NCBI RefSeq assembly: GCF_023055435.1
Contig: NW_025964112.1
Location: 32,674,001-32,738,000, forward strand
DNA: 64,000 bases
Reading direction: 5' to 3'
From: Haliotis rufescens
Lineage: Eukaryota
The notes under the pieces were generated by a model. That model was not told the origin of the DNA and did no database searches. It saw only the letters and a program-made list of their open reading frames with translations. A program made the translations under genes and the position numbers. Shown piece by piece: positions 51,130 through 64,000 of this stretch. Each line of letters begins with the position of its first letter. Positions within the stretch are counted from its first letter, which is position 1.

Positions 51130-52640
51130 AAACTGACGGCCAAAAGAAACGTTACCAACGATATTTCTAGGATAAAATATGACCAACACATTTTGAAGCA
51201 GCAATAACAATTGTATTGTAGAAATTCATCATTCAGAACAGTAAAATGCAAATTTACTAATTCAACAACAAAGTCCTTGACCTCCAACAGTGACATTTTT
51301 TGACAAGGGGTCATTCGTCCAGTATTCGATCAACAACATTGGTTACAACTTTAAGGTGACGACGGCCCAGACCGTTCAATACGGGATATGACCTCCATGA
51401 GCGGCAATGCATCTTCGAATGCGGCGCCGAACTGAGTAGACAAGCGTCCTCACATCGACTGCAGGTATCCGATTCCATTCCTCACGGAGGTCAACGATCA
51501 ACGCTTGTCTCGTTTCCGAAAACGATGCCCCAGCTGGTCCCGCAGATGTTCTATGGGTGACAGATCTGGTGATCGAGCTGGCCACGGCAGGACAGTCACG
51601 TTGTTGGCATTGAGGAAGTCTCTAGTAATACGGGCTTTATGGGGTGTGGCGTTATCTTGTTGGAACACCGTCCGTTGTTGACGCTGGATGAAAGGAAGAA
51701 CCACTGGCCGTAAGATATTGTCAATGTAGCGTTGTGCTGTCAGATTGCCTTCGATTATGACAAGTTCAGTCTTCTCGTCCCCGCAAATGCCGCCGCAGAC
51801 CATCACACTTCCGCCCCCGTAAGGTTCCACCTCCTGGACACAACAAGGAGCCGTACGTTCACCACGTCGTCGATAAACTCGCGTCCGCCCATCAGGTTTG
51901 AAGAGTTGGAAGTTGCTCTCGTCACTAAACAGCTCTCGCCGCCATTCCCTTTGTTGCAATCGCTGGGTTGCCTGCACCACGTCAATCTGGCACGTCGATG
52001 TTGACGGGTCAAGGTCATGCCCTTGAAAGGGCGAAAAGCCCGGAGACCATAATGTCATAGTCGTCTGGTCACTGTTTGTCTGCTGACCGGATGTCCTAAG
52101 CTGTTGGCAGCTGATGCCGTCACAGTAAGAAATCTGTTTCTCAGATGAAGTACCCGTAAAAAGCGGTCATCCTGCGGGGTCGTGACGTTTGGTCTGCCAC
52201 TCCGTGCTCTGTCTGCGTTTCTGCCAGTCTGTGGGAGACGTGCGACCAGTCCTGTAATGGTCATCTTGGAGCAGTTCATGTTAATGGCAACCGCTCTCCG
52301 TGTCGGTCACACCTGCAGCATACCTGTGGCTCTCTCTCTCTGGACAGCGGTCAGTCTTGGCATGTTCGTTGGTGTTAATCATCGCAACCAATGATAGGGA
52401 ACAGATCCGTGCGTAATTTATACCCGGAAATTGCACGATAATTTGGGAAAGAATGTTTTAAAAATTTGCTGACAAACACCAATATCTCCCAAAATCCGCA
52501 AAGCACGCGCAAAGAACGACAGAGAACATGAAGGCTGTATTCGTGAGATGTGTTCTTTACTGTTTTTGAACAGGTTGGCATCTTTGTTTCAAAGTGGCAA
52601 ATCAGTTAATGTTGGTAACGTTTCTTTTGGCCCTCAGTTT
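51130..52640 (-). mobile_element. Full-length Tc1 (DD34E) DNA transposon with disrupted transposase
   Basis: 30-bp TIRs aaactga(c/g)ggccaaaagaaacgttaccaac at 51130-51159 and 52611-52640. Transposase 52363-51376: MPRL..., RSGRP, FSDES, QQDNATPH, SPDLSPIE (34 residues between D and E); stop and frameshifts. Confidence 0.95.
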
Positions 52641-55600
52641 AGTTAGGACATTTTGTTTTCAGATCGATACAGTTCTATCTCCATTAGTAAATTCAATTTG
52701 CGTATTCTGATTATTCTTGACCAAAGTTTTCATCCATAGAGAGATGACATACTTAGACAGCTTATTGTAAAGAAGTCATCACCTTATAATTCAGTATTTT
52801 AGCTGACAGATCACAAAAATCATTCTCAATGTTCACATTCTACAGTTGATAAATGATAACCAAATCTATCTCCAAATGACTTGGAACTATCAGAGACCAT
52901 ATAATATGGTCTCTGGAATCGAACTATGCGTTCCTATCTCCTTGTCACATGATCTGTGTCAAGAACTTGATTGGACACATGGACATTGACATGGGCATAG
53001 ACCAGGCTGGTTCTAAGTAACTTATGATTTTTTGGACGTAGAATCATTGAAAAACTACTTTCCAGGAAGAGGGGCTTCATGAAATTTACAACAATGTTAG
53101 AATAGCACCCATTTGGGAAGAAAATGCAAATACATCATTTTGGGTCAAAAGTGGTTCTCAGGCGACGAAATGTATCTGGAAATTGACAGAGCTGCCAGTC
53201 TCACCAAGTTTCCTTGGATTTTGGACCCAAGCGAATGTGGACCTTGTGACACCTCTCCTTATCACTCACATGCCTCTCCGCCTGAGTCACGACAAGGGTC
53301 GAGGTAATCACTAAAATCTTCCTTGAAAGGAAACCCTCGGTCTACCTTCTTCAAGGGTCGGGTGACTAATTGCTTTATTTTAACACAAAAGTCGCGTAAG
53401 AATCTCCTTGAAGTGTGTACACGTGCATGTCAACTCTTGCAACGTATAAATCTCGGGGAGCGACTGCTCTAATTTCCTTGATAGATGTTGCTAGGGCCGA
53501 ACACAACTGCCTTATATGTGGAGGACATGTTTAACGGCATTCGTAACCACGCGCATGTTTCCGTGACCTATACAACAAGGCTCGTCCCCTTCTCGATGAT
53601 CGCCATGAGTCGAAACGGCGCAAGCCAAGGATCAGGATATGTGTATTTCGATCAATAAAATCCCGAGTATTGAAAATAATTCACTTTTCCTTAGCCATAG
53701 CTAGTGCTTTAACAATAATGTTTAGCCTGCTTCATTGACATATTGACGGGTGGATTTGTGTAGATGTCATATGAATATCAAAATTAGGACAGTGTTTAAA
53801 ACGGATCTAATTGCTATAATTATGTATGTGAGTGATTATCTGGTTCTCCAGGTTACCCATACATGCGGGTTACATACCTTTATTACAGTAACAAGAGATA
53901 ACTGAACAGATAAATACAGGTTGCTTGAAAAAATATAGATTCCTCAATTACAGATTCATGACTAAATCATGGTTTGGTTTATCATACACGCAAGAGTCAT
54001 TTATATCATCAGTCAACGATAGAATGCTTACAATGAATTATTAGAGAATGCTTGTAATCAATTACTGGATAATGTTTACAATCAAATATAGAAGTACATA
54101 TATACGAAGGACATAAGATGAACATGATATAGAAAAAATTGACAACTAGTGATACATACTGGATTATACATATCAGGATGATTATTATACAACATACAAC
54201 AATTGATGATATAATTGAAGATACTATACCCGACACGCCCTAACTAATATCTTACCCGTGTGCGCATTCACACAAGATACATGCTATGTTAGTCACAATA
54301 CATATCCCAAAATAAAACCCCTAATGAAATTACACAGAACTGACACAATCTATCCACAGCAGAATTACAACGAGAATATCTAAAGTATACTCAAAAGTAT
54401 CACACGAACTGGCAAATTTGCCAAGGGTAACAGCGTATAGATAAGAGTTAAGATAGAACAAGAGAGTAACATTTCTTACCTGAGTAAATAAACAGAGAGT
54501 TTATTCGTCAACCACAGACGGATGTGTGACTGACTGTCGTCCTAACCTAGCTACAATATCTAATATTATTTTCTGATTATGAAAGCGATAAAGTTGTTAT
54601 TGCGAACCTTAGAGAAGCTATCTCGACAGAAGTACATAATTTAGTTTGACGGATGCATCGATTTTAATTGTGTGAGTGAAGTTTAGCATGAAGAAGATTA
54701 GTTGAACAATTGTTGCTGTTGTGCCACGAAAGTATACGTGGTACGCGTGATTTAATAAGGGTGGGTGACAGACATAACCGTAAATACAGATAAAGGTATT
54801 AACGCCTTAAATGTGTCTGTCTAACTCTATCTGACCAGCACAATAAGAGCTGCTGGTCCTGGGTTATGGTCCAAGGCGTGTTACCAATTTTAGCCTTGGC
54901 AGGTTTAAGATGTTGGAACATGATCCGTTAGTTTGTAGTATCCCCTTATTACACAATTTCTCACTACATCCAGTCCTTAATATGTCGCATGTAACGTGAT
55001 AAATTATTTGTAAAACGTTGTCCATTTTCCCCATGTTAAAAAATTCATACAAAATGTGCATACTATTTGTTAACGCTGTCCATGAAAGTACAAATTCAGT
55101 CACAAAATAAATAAGCGAGATCTGCAGAAACGCCAACATTTCACTACAAGAAGCGATTAGAATAAGAGTTATCGTTGTTTAAAGTTGTTCTTGTGTTCAT
55201 ACGCCAATATGGAAACTTCGAAGCGGCCACGTGTCTCGCCTTGTCCCTGCATTGCACGAGTTGGCCACGACTGGTTAAGATGACGCCTTATTGTTGTTAT
55301 ATTTATATCAAGAGCCACAAAGTTCGACTAAGTTTGAAAGTCCAGACAAGTCTAGCGATTCTCGGGGAACGAATGCTTTCCTGGAAAATTGATAGTATGA
55401 CCACGCAACGCTACCCTACAAAGAGGTGGCATGCGTGTATAACTAATGCCTTATTTGGGTATAGATTGGTCGCATCGGTTTCAAAATGACACACACATAT
55501 ATATATGGCAGGTATTCATGTGTTAGGCGGCCGCATTTTGTCACGATGCTTTATGAAAGTATAAGCAATGTAAACTATCAAATCCTTATATGGTTAATTC

Positions 55601-56672
55601 AAATGTACAACACTTGAGAAATATCACCCTGTGTGTTTTTATAACGATGCTTCATGCAGGCTTGGAATGACAATTCATCTGTGCAAACTTGGAATATAAC
55701 ACATCCTATGTATTTTGATAATGAATGACGTTCCATATCTACTTTAAGTAACCAATTCACTTGTACTGGATTTGAATAACACTTTCTAATTTTTATAACA
55801 AACTACGCCCCATTTTGACTTCAATTAACCAATTCACCTGTACAAAATCGAAACATTGTGCCATCAATTCATTATAATGAATGACTCTCCATAACTTTGT
55901 ATGACCAATACGTTCGTTCAAACATGGATATAAATCCAAATATGTAATTTGATGACAAATAACGCCGTGTAACAACTTCATCTGCTTAACACTGAAATAT
56001 TACGTAGATGATATGTTTTTTAGATAGTGGCACAAATATGCTTCCATATAGATCAGCTATTTCTCTAAAGTGACAGGTATACCGGAAGAGATGTTGCACA
56101 GGCGACTAGAAAAGACACCATCCCTTCTTTTGTGTTAGACTATTATTTCTCCAACCCTACAGGATTATGTGTTGCAAGAGTTGTATGTATGTACATTCAT
56201 ACAATTTGCCTTAAAATGTAAGTAATTATTACCTGACGCTGCATAGCAGAACTTCTGTCCTGCGGCCTGTAAACAAACCTGACATTCAACTGATCGCTGG
56301 ACCAGACAATCCAGTGACACAATAGTGCGTTTACTGATTTTGTTAAAAATAATACAAATGATGTGCAAGTGTTCCATTGTGTGATATCGACAATCCCCAG
56401 GAACGAGTCTGGCGGCGTTTTATGCATTGACTCCGGCTCTTCATGCATTAGTCATAGATTAAGGCTTCGTGTCATGTTTCTAAATGTAAACAAGTGTACC
56501 TGGAGAACAGTGGGTAATGTTGCAGTTGGAATGTCTATATGCTGCAAGCTATCTAGATGAATCCATAAAAAATTGCACGCACACAAAGAATGTCCCTCGT
56601 GGCTCACCTGATTTATTCAAGCCATTACACAAACACGTCACCAATACATTAGAATCATTACAGACATAAATA

Positions 56673-56925
56673 TACCCGTGAAGATCCGGGGTAGAATAGG
56701 TTGCCATGCTTGCCGTAAAAGGCGACAATGCTTGTCGTAAGAGGTGACTAACGTGATCGGGTGGTCAGGCTCGCTGACTTGGTTGATGCATATCATCATA
56801 TCCCAATTGTGTGGATGCTCATGATGTCAATCACTGTATTGTCTGGTCCAGACTCGGTTATTTGCAGGCCGCCGTCATGTAGCTTGAATATTGCTGAGTG
56901 CGGCGTTAAACAACAAACAAACAAC
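56673..56925 (+). mobile_element. Interspersed SINE-like repeat family C
   Basis: Homologous to 35563-35820; (caaa)n tail. Confidence 0.85.
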
Positions 56926-57570
56926 ATAAATTCATTTTATCTATTTATTTTCAGAAGACAAAATGGGTTAGTAACAACGTGCATCTATTAATACTGCCCC
57001 ATCAAGATAAAGGGTTAAAGCCTTCGCTCGTCATGCTGAAGATCATTGTTCGATTATATTTTGTCCCTTTATCATGGTTAAACATTTTTGAGAAGGCTGT
57101 GTACAGCGATTTCTTCCTTCACTTAAGGAAGTTGATTCAGTTCACAGTAAATTCTATCATAACATTTTCCAGGAACTGCACCACATACTCTTCGTAACGC
57201 TTCTGCGTGAAAATTGTCCAGGATGATAGATGTTGTTTTGTTATTGTATATTTTGTTATTCAAATATGACTACAGTCATATGTAGTTTCCAGGGTTATCC
57301 TTGATAGGCGATTTTAAAACGAATTTACATCTACATAAATTTGATTGACATTTGCTCCGTCAAGACAATAAGTTCACAGTCGCATTACAGGGGCTGTGTC
57401 AGTTAAGGAATCCGCCATTCGAGGAGGAGACAGGACATTTTACAGGACATTTTACGACATGTCCAGTGCACATAATGAAGGCGATTCGAGCTAGAATAAA
57501 TTTATCTAAAGAAATACCAGTCCCCCTCACCTCAGAACATCAGCTGATCGTTCCCAAAGCAATATTTCTT

Positions 57571-59292
57571 TTAAGCAAAGCGTATCATAAGTGCCACTAT
57601 TATAATAAGCAAACACATGACACCGCCAGCAATGGCGATTTTCTTCCAATGGTCTGTCAAATACGTCCACCAGACAGACTCCGGTTGACAGCAATGCATC
57701 AGCACACAGTGAAACGTGTGTTCGTTGTCCATATCATTGGGGAGAATGTGTCCATTTTTGATAAACAGACGCAATGTTTGTTTGACGGTAGAATTCAAGT
57801 CGCTTGGAAGGTCGATGCTTACTTCAGAATCTTTTCCGACTGATGCAATGATAAGAATTGCTGAAGGCAAACCTGAGGGAGAAATATAACAGAATCTATA
57901 TTTGTGATCAACTTTATAAACAGTTTGTAGTTCTCGAATAAGACTCAAAGTCTGTGAAATAACACAATCAGCATTCTAACATGAACAAATTATCATAGTC
58001 ATTATATATTTAGACTGTTTTTAAATAAAGATGACAACTCTTTCTCCAAGTATGTGTACTCAGTATTGTGTTATTCTCCTTGTCATTGGTGCACGTGTAC
58101 TCAAACTCGATATATTTGAATATAATCACCTACCCCGTAATTTGTCAACAATGAGTTCCTCTTCATCTTTAATACGTGATGAAGCTTGATATATGACGAT
58201 GGCGGGGAAATCCTCTTTAAACTTCAATCCCATCGCTCTGTATTGTATCACATTTTGGACGAATTCATCTTCTAGATGTCCGGCGTTACTGCTTCTCGGG
58301 ATGATGATAGTATTTGCTCTCAGTATGTTTTCTACAAGATAAATGCTGAATGTTACATTGGCCTCTCGTTATAGGAGGCATGTGTTGCAACTATCGATGT
58401 TGTTACGGCAAAAAGGTGATATCTATCTATAGTAATTAGTTACTATCATTCAATATTACTCTGACTGGGACGGGAATTGCTTGTCATCAACCTTATGATG
58501 GGACATGTGTGCTGACTTGGACACCAGGACCTTAATTCCCGAACACAGAAGTAAAACTACTTTGGTTTTGGTGAGGACTCGTGTGTGACACTGAACTTCT
58601 AGCAGAAACTGTGGTTGTAATTAAATCGCTCATATATTGTAATCACATAGCTTGCTGAGGGGATTGGGTATATTTAGTGCCTCTTTGGGGCACTGAAAAT
58701 GTAAATTATACAGGTATGAATAGTATCAGACATGTTGAAATGCCCAGCCTAGCCTTTAGTCCTTGTTACACCTGCACGTTTTGAACTTCTGATGTGACAA
58801 GTACACCAGGACAGCTAAAAGAAGTGAAAAAGGCGGACTTATTTATTCGAACTTCGAAATAAAAATATGCATGATAAGTTCGAAACCAGGGTGAATGTTT
58901 ACTATTTATACTTTTGTTACTATGTATTTTCTATTTTTAATCTACATCATTGCTCTAGTTCAAATATTTCACACATTTTTACATATTTAGCCACACTATA
59001 CAAATAGCATTGTTCATTGTATCAAGTCCAATAGACCTTACTGTAATTTTTTTATAAATCTTCTTGTCGTTTAAATGAACACATATGATAACTTCCACAA
59101 CGATGTCTAACAAGCGATCATTTCTTACATTATGCATCCAATGAGGCAAAAGGGTCATCATCATCCTTAAGTCTTTAATGAAAGTAATACGTGCAACAAT
59201 ACTAAACACACGTATTCCAACTTACCCATGTTGCTTCTTCCATACGTTCCCATGCTCTGGTATGTCGCTGGACTGGCTGCAACATTTGACAT
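57571..59292 (-). CDS. GIMAP/AIG1-like degenerate GTPase with C-terminal TM anchor, paralogue 4 (188 aa)
   Basis: Exons 59292-59226, 58331-58134 and 57872-57571 (67/198/302 nt), canonical sites, open frame: MSNVAASPATYQSMGTYGRSNM/ENILRANTIIIPRSSNAGHLEDEFVQNVIQYRAMGLKFKEDFPAIVIYQASSRIKDEEELIVDKLR/GLPSAILIIASVGKD...WKKIAIAGGVMCLLIIIVALMIRFA. Confidence 0.78.
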
Positions 59293-59660
59293 CCTGGTAA
59301 TTGAGGCATATTGTTAACGAGGTTGGTGTTGGAGAAATTCCGTTTTGTGTAAATACATTTTCGTAAAACATTTTACAAAATCATCGAATATGCAACTCGG
59401 AACATAGTTTGATGTTCAGCATATATTATGACATTGTAAAATAAACAACAGTAACGCGAACCCGATGGGAGGTCAACTGTCTTAAACAATCTGAAAAAAA
59501 CCTAGGTTCATACTCCTAGAAAATAGTAAACCTGTTGAATAGTTTTGTGTGATGAACATGATCAGGCTTGACTAAACACAAACTCCATCTGACAAACGGC
59601 TGCGCTTTGCAATCTGAACGGTAGATGTAGGAAACATATTAAAACATGTCTAGTATGAAA

Positions 59661-59862
59661 ACTAACCTGTTTACAGCTACCTTTGGTGAAACGTCCGTCT
59701 TCTCCACTCGTCAAATATAAACTGCGCATGAGCAGGTAAAATATTGAGTTATCAGCCTCGGTTTCATGCAAGCAATATAATGCGTGTTAAAATGCACTTG
59801 GACCTAGGCACAGAGCACATATATCTCCCACAGCAGAGGATACGCGACAGCTACAAGTAAGT
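59661..59862. promoter_or_regulatory. Putative bidirectional promoter/first exons (copy 4)
   Basis: Minus donor CAG|GTTAGT (59661-59666), plus donor CAA|GTAAGT (59857-59862); a TATAAA-like element lies between them. Confidence 0.55.
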
Positions 59863-60189
59863 GGTACAAACATTATTTTCACGGGTGCCTTAATTATGAC
59901 ATACAACAGCAGAAATAATATTGATATAAGTAAGGTCATATTAGTTAGAAAAGCTGGCAGGAGAAAAAAGTATAAACTATTGTCGTTAAAATGGACAGCT
60001 TCAAATGTGTATTAAGTTACCAGTTTTAAATGTTTTAGTCCAGTGTCGTGATATTTTACGCAGAAAACAATAACAAACCAGGCAGGGAAAGTTATGATCA
60101 ATTATTAAGTTTTCAATGATAAATTTAACTAATTTGCCCATACATGGACATGGATAAACATTCAATATATGTGATGTCATCATCCTCTC

Positions 60190-60403
60190 ACGTTCAGCCC
60201 GGACAGCGGGAGGTCGGTAGTTTGATCCCCCGGCTCGCCATACTGACAGGCGTTAAGATGGTACACTATTGTTACCCTGTCTACAACTGGCATTAACTCG
60301 AGTCAGTATAATGCATTTGAGTTTGGTATCGATGTTAAAATGCGGCTTGGTATCTCAGTGATCGAGCACTGTTAATTCTGGACAAGTACAATCGCACGCA
60401 CGC

Positions 60404-60473
<70 letters not shown>

Positions 60474-60530
60474 GTGCATTTACGCTGCTGTTAGTGATAT
60501 AATCTTGAATACGACGTTAAACCCTCACCC
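60190..60530 (+). mobile_element. SINE family A copy with (CA)n microsatellite (~60400-60470)
   Basis: cccggacagcgggaggtcgg...cgccatac...gttaccctg...gttaaaatgcggcttggtatctcagtg; same position as the 20.1-kb copy. Confidence 0.8.
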
Positions 60531-60574
60531 CACCCCATCACTTATGATGTTTGCAACTATGGCTTATACAGCAG

Positions 60575-63500
60575 TGAATTGGTTTGGTCTCGTACTGTAG
60601 AGAGTTGGGTGTGACTCATGCTGTTTCGAGTTCGATGGGTCTCGTACTGTAGTGAGTTGGGTGAGACTCTCACTGTAGTGAGTTGGGTGGTTCTCGTGCT
60701 GTAGTGAATTGGTTGGGTCTCGTACTGTAGTGAGTTTGGTGTGACTCATACTCTTGTGAATTGGTTGGAGTTCGTACAGTAGTGAGTTGGGTGTGACTTA
60801 TACAGTAGTGAATTGGTTGGGTCTCGTACTGAAGTGAGTTGGTTGTGACTTATACTGTAGTGAATTGGTTGGATGTCGTACAGTAGTGAGTTGGGTGTGA
60901 CTCATACTGTAGTGAATTGGTTGGGTCTCGTACTGTAGAGAGTTGGGTATGACTTATACTGTAGTGAATTGGTTGGGTCTCGTACTGTAGTGAGTTGGTT
61001 GTGACTTATACTGTAGTGAATTGGTTGGGTCTCGTACTGTAGAGAGTTGGGTGTGACTCATACTGTAGTGAATTGGTTGGGTCTCGTACTGTAGTGAGTT
61101 GGACGGGGCACCTGCTGAAGTGAGTTGAGTGTGACTTATACTGTAGTGAATTGGTAGGGTTTCGTACAGTAGTGAGTGGGTCGGACACCTGTTGTAGTGA
61201 GTTGGTTGGGTCTCGTACTGTAGTGAGTTGAGTGTGACTAATACTGTTGTGAGTTGAGTGGGTCTCGTACTGTAGTTAGTGGGTGGGACACCTGCTGAAG
61301 TGAGTTGGGTGTGACTTATACTGTAGTGAATTGGTTTGGTTTCGTACAGTAGTGAGTTGGGTGTGACTTATACAACAATGAATTGGTTGGGTCTCGTATT
61401 GTAGTGAGTTGTGTGTGACTCATACTGTTGTGAGTTGGGTGAGACTCGTACTGTAGTGATTTGGGTGGGACTCGCACTGTAGTGAGTTCGGTGGTTCTCG
61501 TACTGTAGTGAGTTGGGTGTGAATCATACCTTTGTGACTTGAGTGGTTCTCGTACTGTAGTGAGTTGTGTGGGACACCTGCTGAAGTGAGTTTGGTGTGA
61601 CTTATACTGTAGTGTATTGGTTAGGTCTCGTACTGTAGTGAGTTGGGTGTGACTCATACCGTTGTGAGTTGAGTGGGTCTCGTACTGTAGTGAGTTGGGT
61701 GGGACACCTGCTGAAGTGAGTTGGGTGTGACTTATACTGTAGTGAATTGGTTGGGTTTCGTACCGTAGTGAGTTGGGTGTGACTTATACTGTAGTGAATT
61801 GGTTGGATCTCGTATTGTAGTGAGTTGGTTGGGTCTCGTACTGTAGTGAGTGGGTGGGACACCTGCTGTTGTGAGTTGGGTGGGTCTCGCACTTTAGTGA
61901 GTTGGTTTGGTCTCGTACTGTAGTGAGTTGGGTGTGACTCATACTATTGTGAGTTGGTTGGGTTTCGTAGAGTAGTGAGTTGGTTGTCACTTGTACTGTA
62001 GTGAGTTGGTTTGGTCTCGTACTGTAGTGAGTTGGGTGTGACTCATACTGTTGTGAGTTGAGTGGGTCTCGTACTGTAGTGAGTGGATGGGACACCTGCT
62101 GTTGTGAGTTGAGTGGGTCTCGTACTGTAGTGAGTGGATGGGACACCTGCTGAAGTGAGTTGGGTGTGACTTATACTGTAGTGAATTGGTTGGGCTTCGT
62201 ACAGTAGTGAGTTGGTTGTGACTTATACTGTTGTGAGTTGGTTGGGTCTCGTACTGTAGTGAGTGGGCGGGACACCTGCTGTTGTGAGTTGGTTGGGTCT
62301 TGCACTGTAGTAGTGGATGGGACACCTGCTGAAGTGAATTTGGCGTGACTTATACTGTAGCGAATTGGTTGGGTTTCGTAGAGTAGTGAGTTGGTTGTGA
62401 CTTATACTGTAGTGAGTTCGTTTGGTCTCGTACTGTAGTGAGTTGGGTGTGACTCATACTGTTGTGAGTTGAGTGGGTCTCGTACTGTAGTGAGTGGGCG
62501 GGACACCTGCTGTTGTGAGTTGGTTGGGTCTTGCACTGTAGTAGTGGATGGGACACCTGCTGCAGTAAATTTGGCGTGACTTATACTGTAGCGAATTGGT
62601 TGGGTTTCGTAGAGTAGTGAGTTGGTTGTGACTTATACTGTAGTGAGTTGGTTTGGTCTCGTACTGTAGTGAGTTGGGTGTGACTCATACTGTTGTGAGT
62701 TGAGTGGGTCTCGTACTGTAGAGAGTGGATGGGACACCTGCTGAAGTGAGTTGGGTGTGACTTATACTGTAGCGAATTGGTTGGGTTTAGTAGAGTAGTG
62801 AGTTGGTTGTGACTTATACTGTAGTAAGTTGGTTTGGTCTCGTACTGTAGTGAGTTGGGTGGGTCTCGTACTGTAGAGAGTGGATGGGACACCTGCTGTT
62901 GTGAGTTGAGTGGGTCTCGTACTGTAGAGAGTGGATGGGACACCTGCTGTTGTGACTTGAGTGGGTCTCGTACTGTAGTGAGTGGATGGGACACCTGCTG
63001 AAGTGAGTTGGTTGTGACTTATACTGTAGTGAGTTGGTTGGGTCTCGTACTGTAGTGAGTGGGTGGGACACCTGCTGAAGTGAGTTGGGTGTGACTTATA
63101 CTGTAGCAAATTGGTTGGGTTTAGTAGAGTAGTGAGTTGGTTGTGACTTATACTGTAGTAAGTTGGTTTGGTCTCGTACTGTAGTGAGTTTGGTGGGTCT
63201 CGTACTGTAGTGAGTGGATGGGACACCTGCTGTTGTGAGTTGAGTGGGTCTCGTACTGTAGTGAGTGGATGGGACACCTGCTGAAGTGAGTTGGTTGTGA
63301 CTTATACTGTAGTGAGTTAGTTGGGTCTCGTACTGTAGTGAGTGGGTGGGACACCTGCTGTTGTGAGTTGGGTGGGTCTCGCACTTTAGTGAGTTGGTTT
63401 GGTCTCGTACTGTAGTGAGTTGGGTGTGACTCATACTGTTGTGAGTTGGTTGGGTTTCGTAGAGTAGTGAGTTGGTTGTCACTTATACTGTAGTGAGTTG

Positions 63501-64000
63501 GTTTGGTCTCGTACTGTAGTGAGTTGGGTGTGACTCATACTGTTGTGAGTTGAGTGGGTCTCGCACTGTAGTGAGTGGATGGGACCCCTGCTGAAGTGAG
63601 TTGGGTGTGACTTATACTGTAGCGAATTGGTTGGGTTTCGTAGAGTAGTGAGTTGGTTGTGACTTATACTGTAGTGAGTTGGTTTGGTCTCGTACTGTAG
63701 TGAGTTGGGTGGGTCTCGTACTGTAGTGAGTTGGGTGGGTCCCGTACTGTAGTGAGTTGGGTGGGTCCCGTACTGTAGTGAGTTGGGAGGGTCTCGTACT
63801 GTAGTGAGTTGGGTGGGTCCCGTACTGTAATGAGTTGTGAGGGTCTCGTACTGTATTGAGTTGGGTGTGACACCTGCTGTAGTGAGTTGGGTGGGTCTCG
63901 TACTGTAGTGAGTTGGGTGGGTCTCGTACTGTAGTGAGTTGGTTGGGTCTCGCACTGTAGTGAGTTGGTTGGGTCTCGTACTGTAGTGAGTTGGTTGGGT
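60575..64000. repeat. 26-bp-based satellite array, related to the 25.6-28.2 kb array; runs off the right edge
   Basis: Units such as gggtctcgtactgtagtgagttgggt and gtgacttatactgtagtgaattggtt share the core tactgtagtgagttgg. Confidence 0.97.

Noticed and set aside
52950-55500. Possible gene or alternative promoter for paralogue 3 (minus-strand donor near 54475)
   Set aside because: A single splice-like motif with no conserved context and no coherent reading frame; cannot be supported.
57352-57843. 163-aa plus-strand ORF
   Set aside because: Shadow of the minus-strand last exon; not open in the other three copies.
60564-63955. Thr/His/Pro-rich mucin-like ORFs
   Set aside because: Translations of a satellite whose 26-bp period is not a multiple of 3; they cycle through frames with stops.

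Overview
AT-rich animal genomic DNA with assembly gaps. It is most likely a gastropod mollusc: the SINE families resemble abalone (Haliotis) repeats, which is my recognition and was not searched. The ORF track is largely uninformative because the genes are spliced. Reading splice sites by hand gives three gene types. (1) The last exon (TM3-loop-TM4) of a Cys-loop/nAChR-like channel subunit at 1245-1672 (+). (2) Four tandem paralogues on the minus strand (about 5.0-6.8, 17.0-18.6, 43.5-48.7 and 57.6-59.3 kb) of a gene with three coding exons. Each encodes a 188-193 aa tail-anchored protein that looks like a shortened, catalytically degenerate AIG1/GIMAP-like GTPase. (3) An intact IFI44-like P-loop GTPase with six coding exons (28577-31632, +, 307 aa), no TLDc domain and a Cys-rich insert. 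Three of the four GIMAP-like copies carry a conserved ~200-bp block with outward-facing splice donors on both strands. This suggests a duplicated head-to-head GIMAP-like/IFI44-like immune GTPase cassette on a bidirectional promoter. A shared SINE and a related 26-bp satellite predict another IFI44-like gene just beyond the right edge. The paralogues are exon-level mosaics. The rest is transposon debris (Tc1, mariner, Sailor-like, Academ-like, LINEs, solo LTR, SINEs) and mini/microsatellites.
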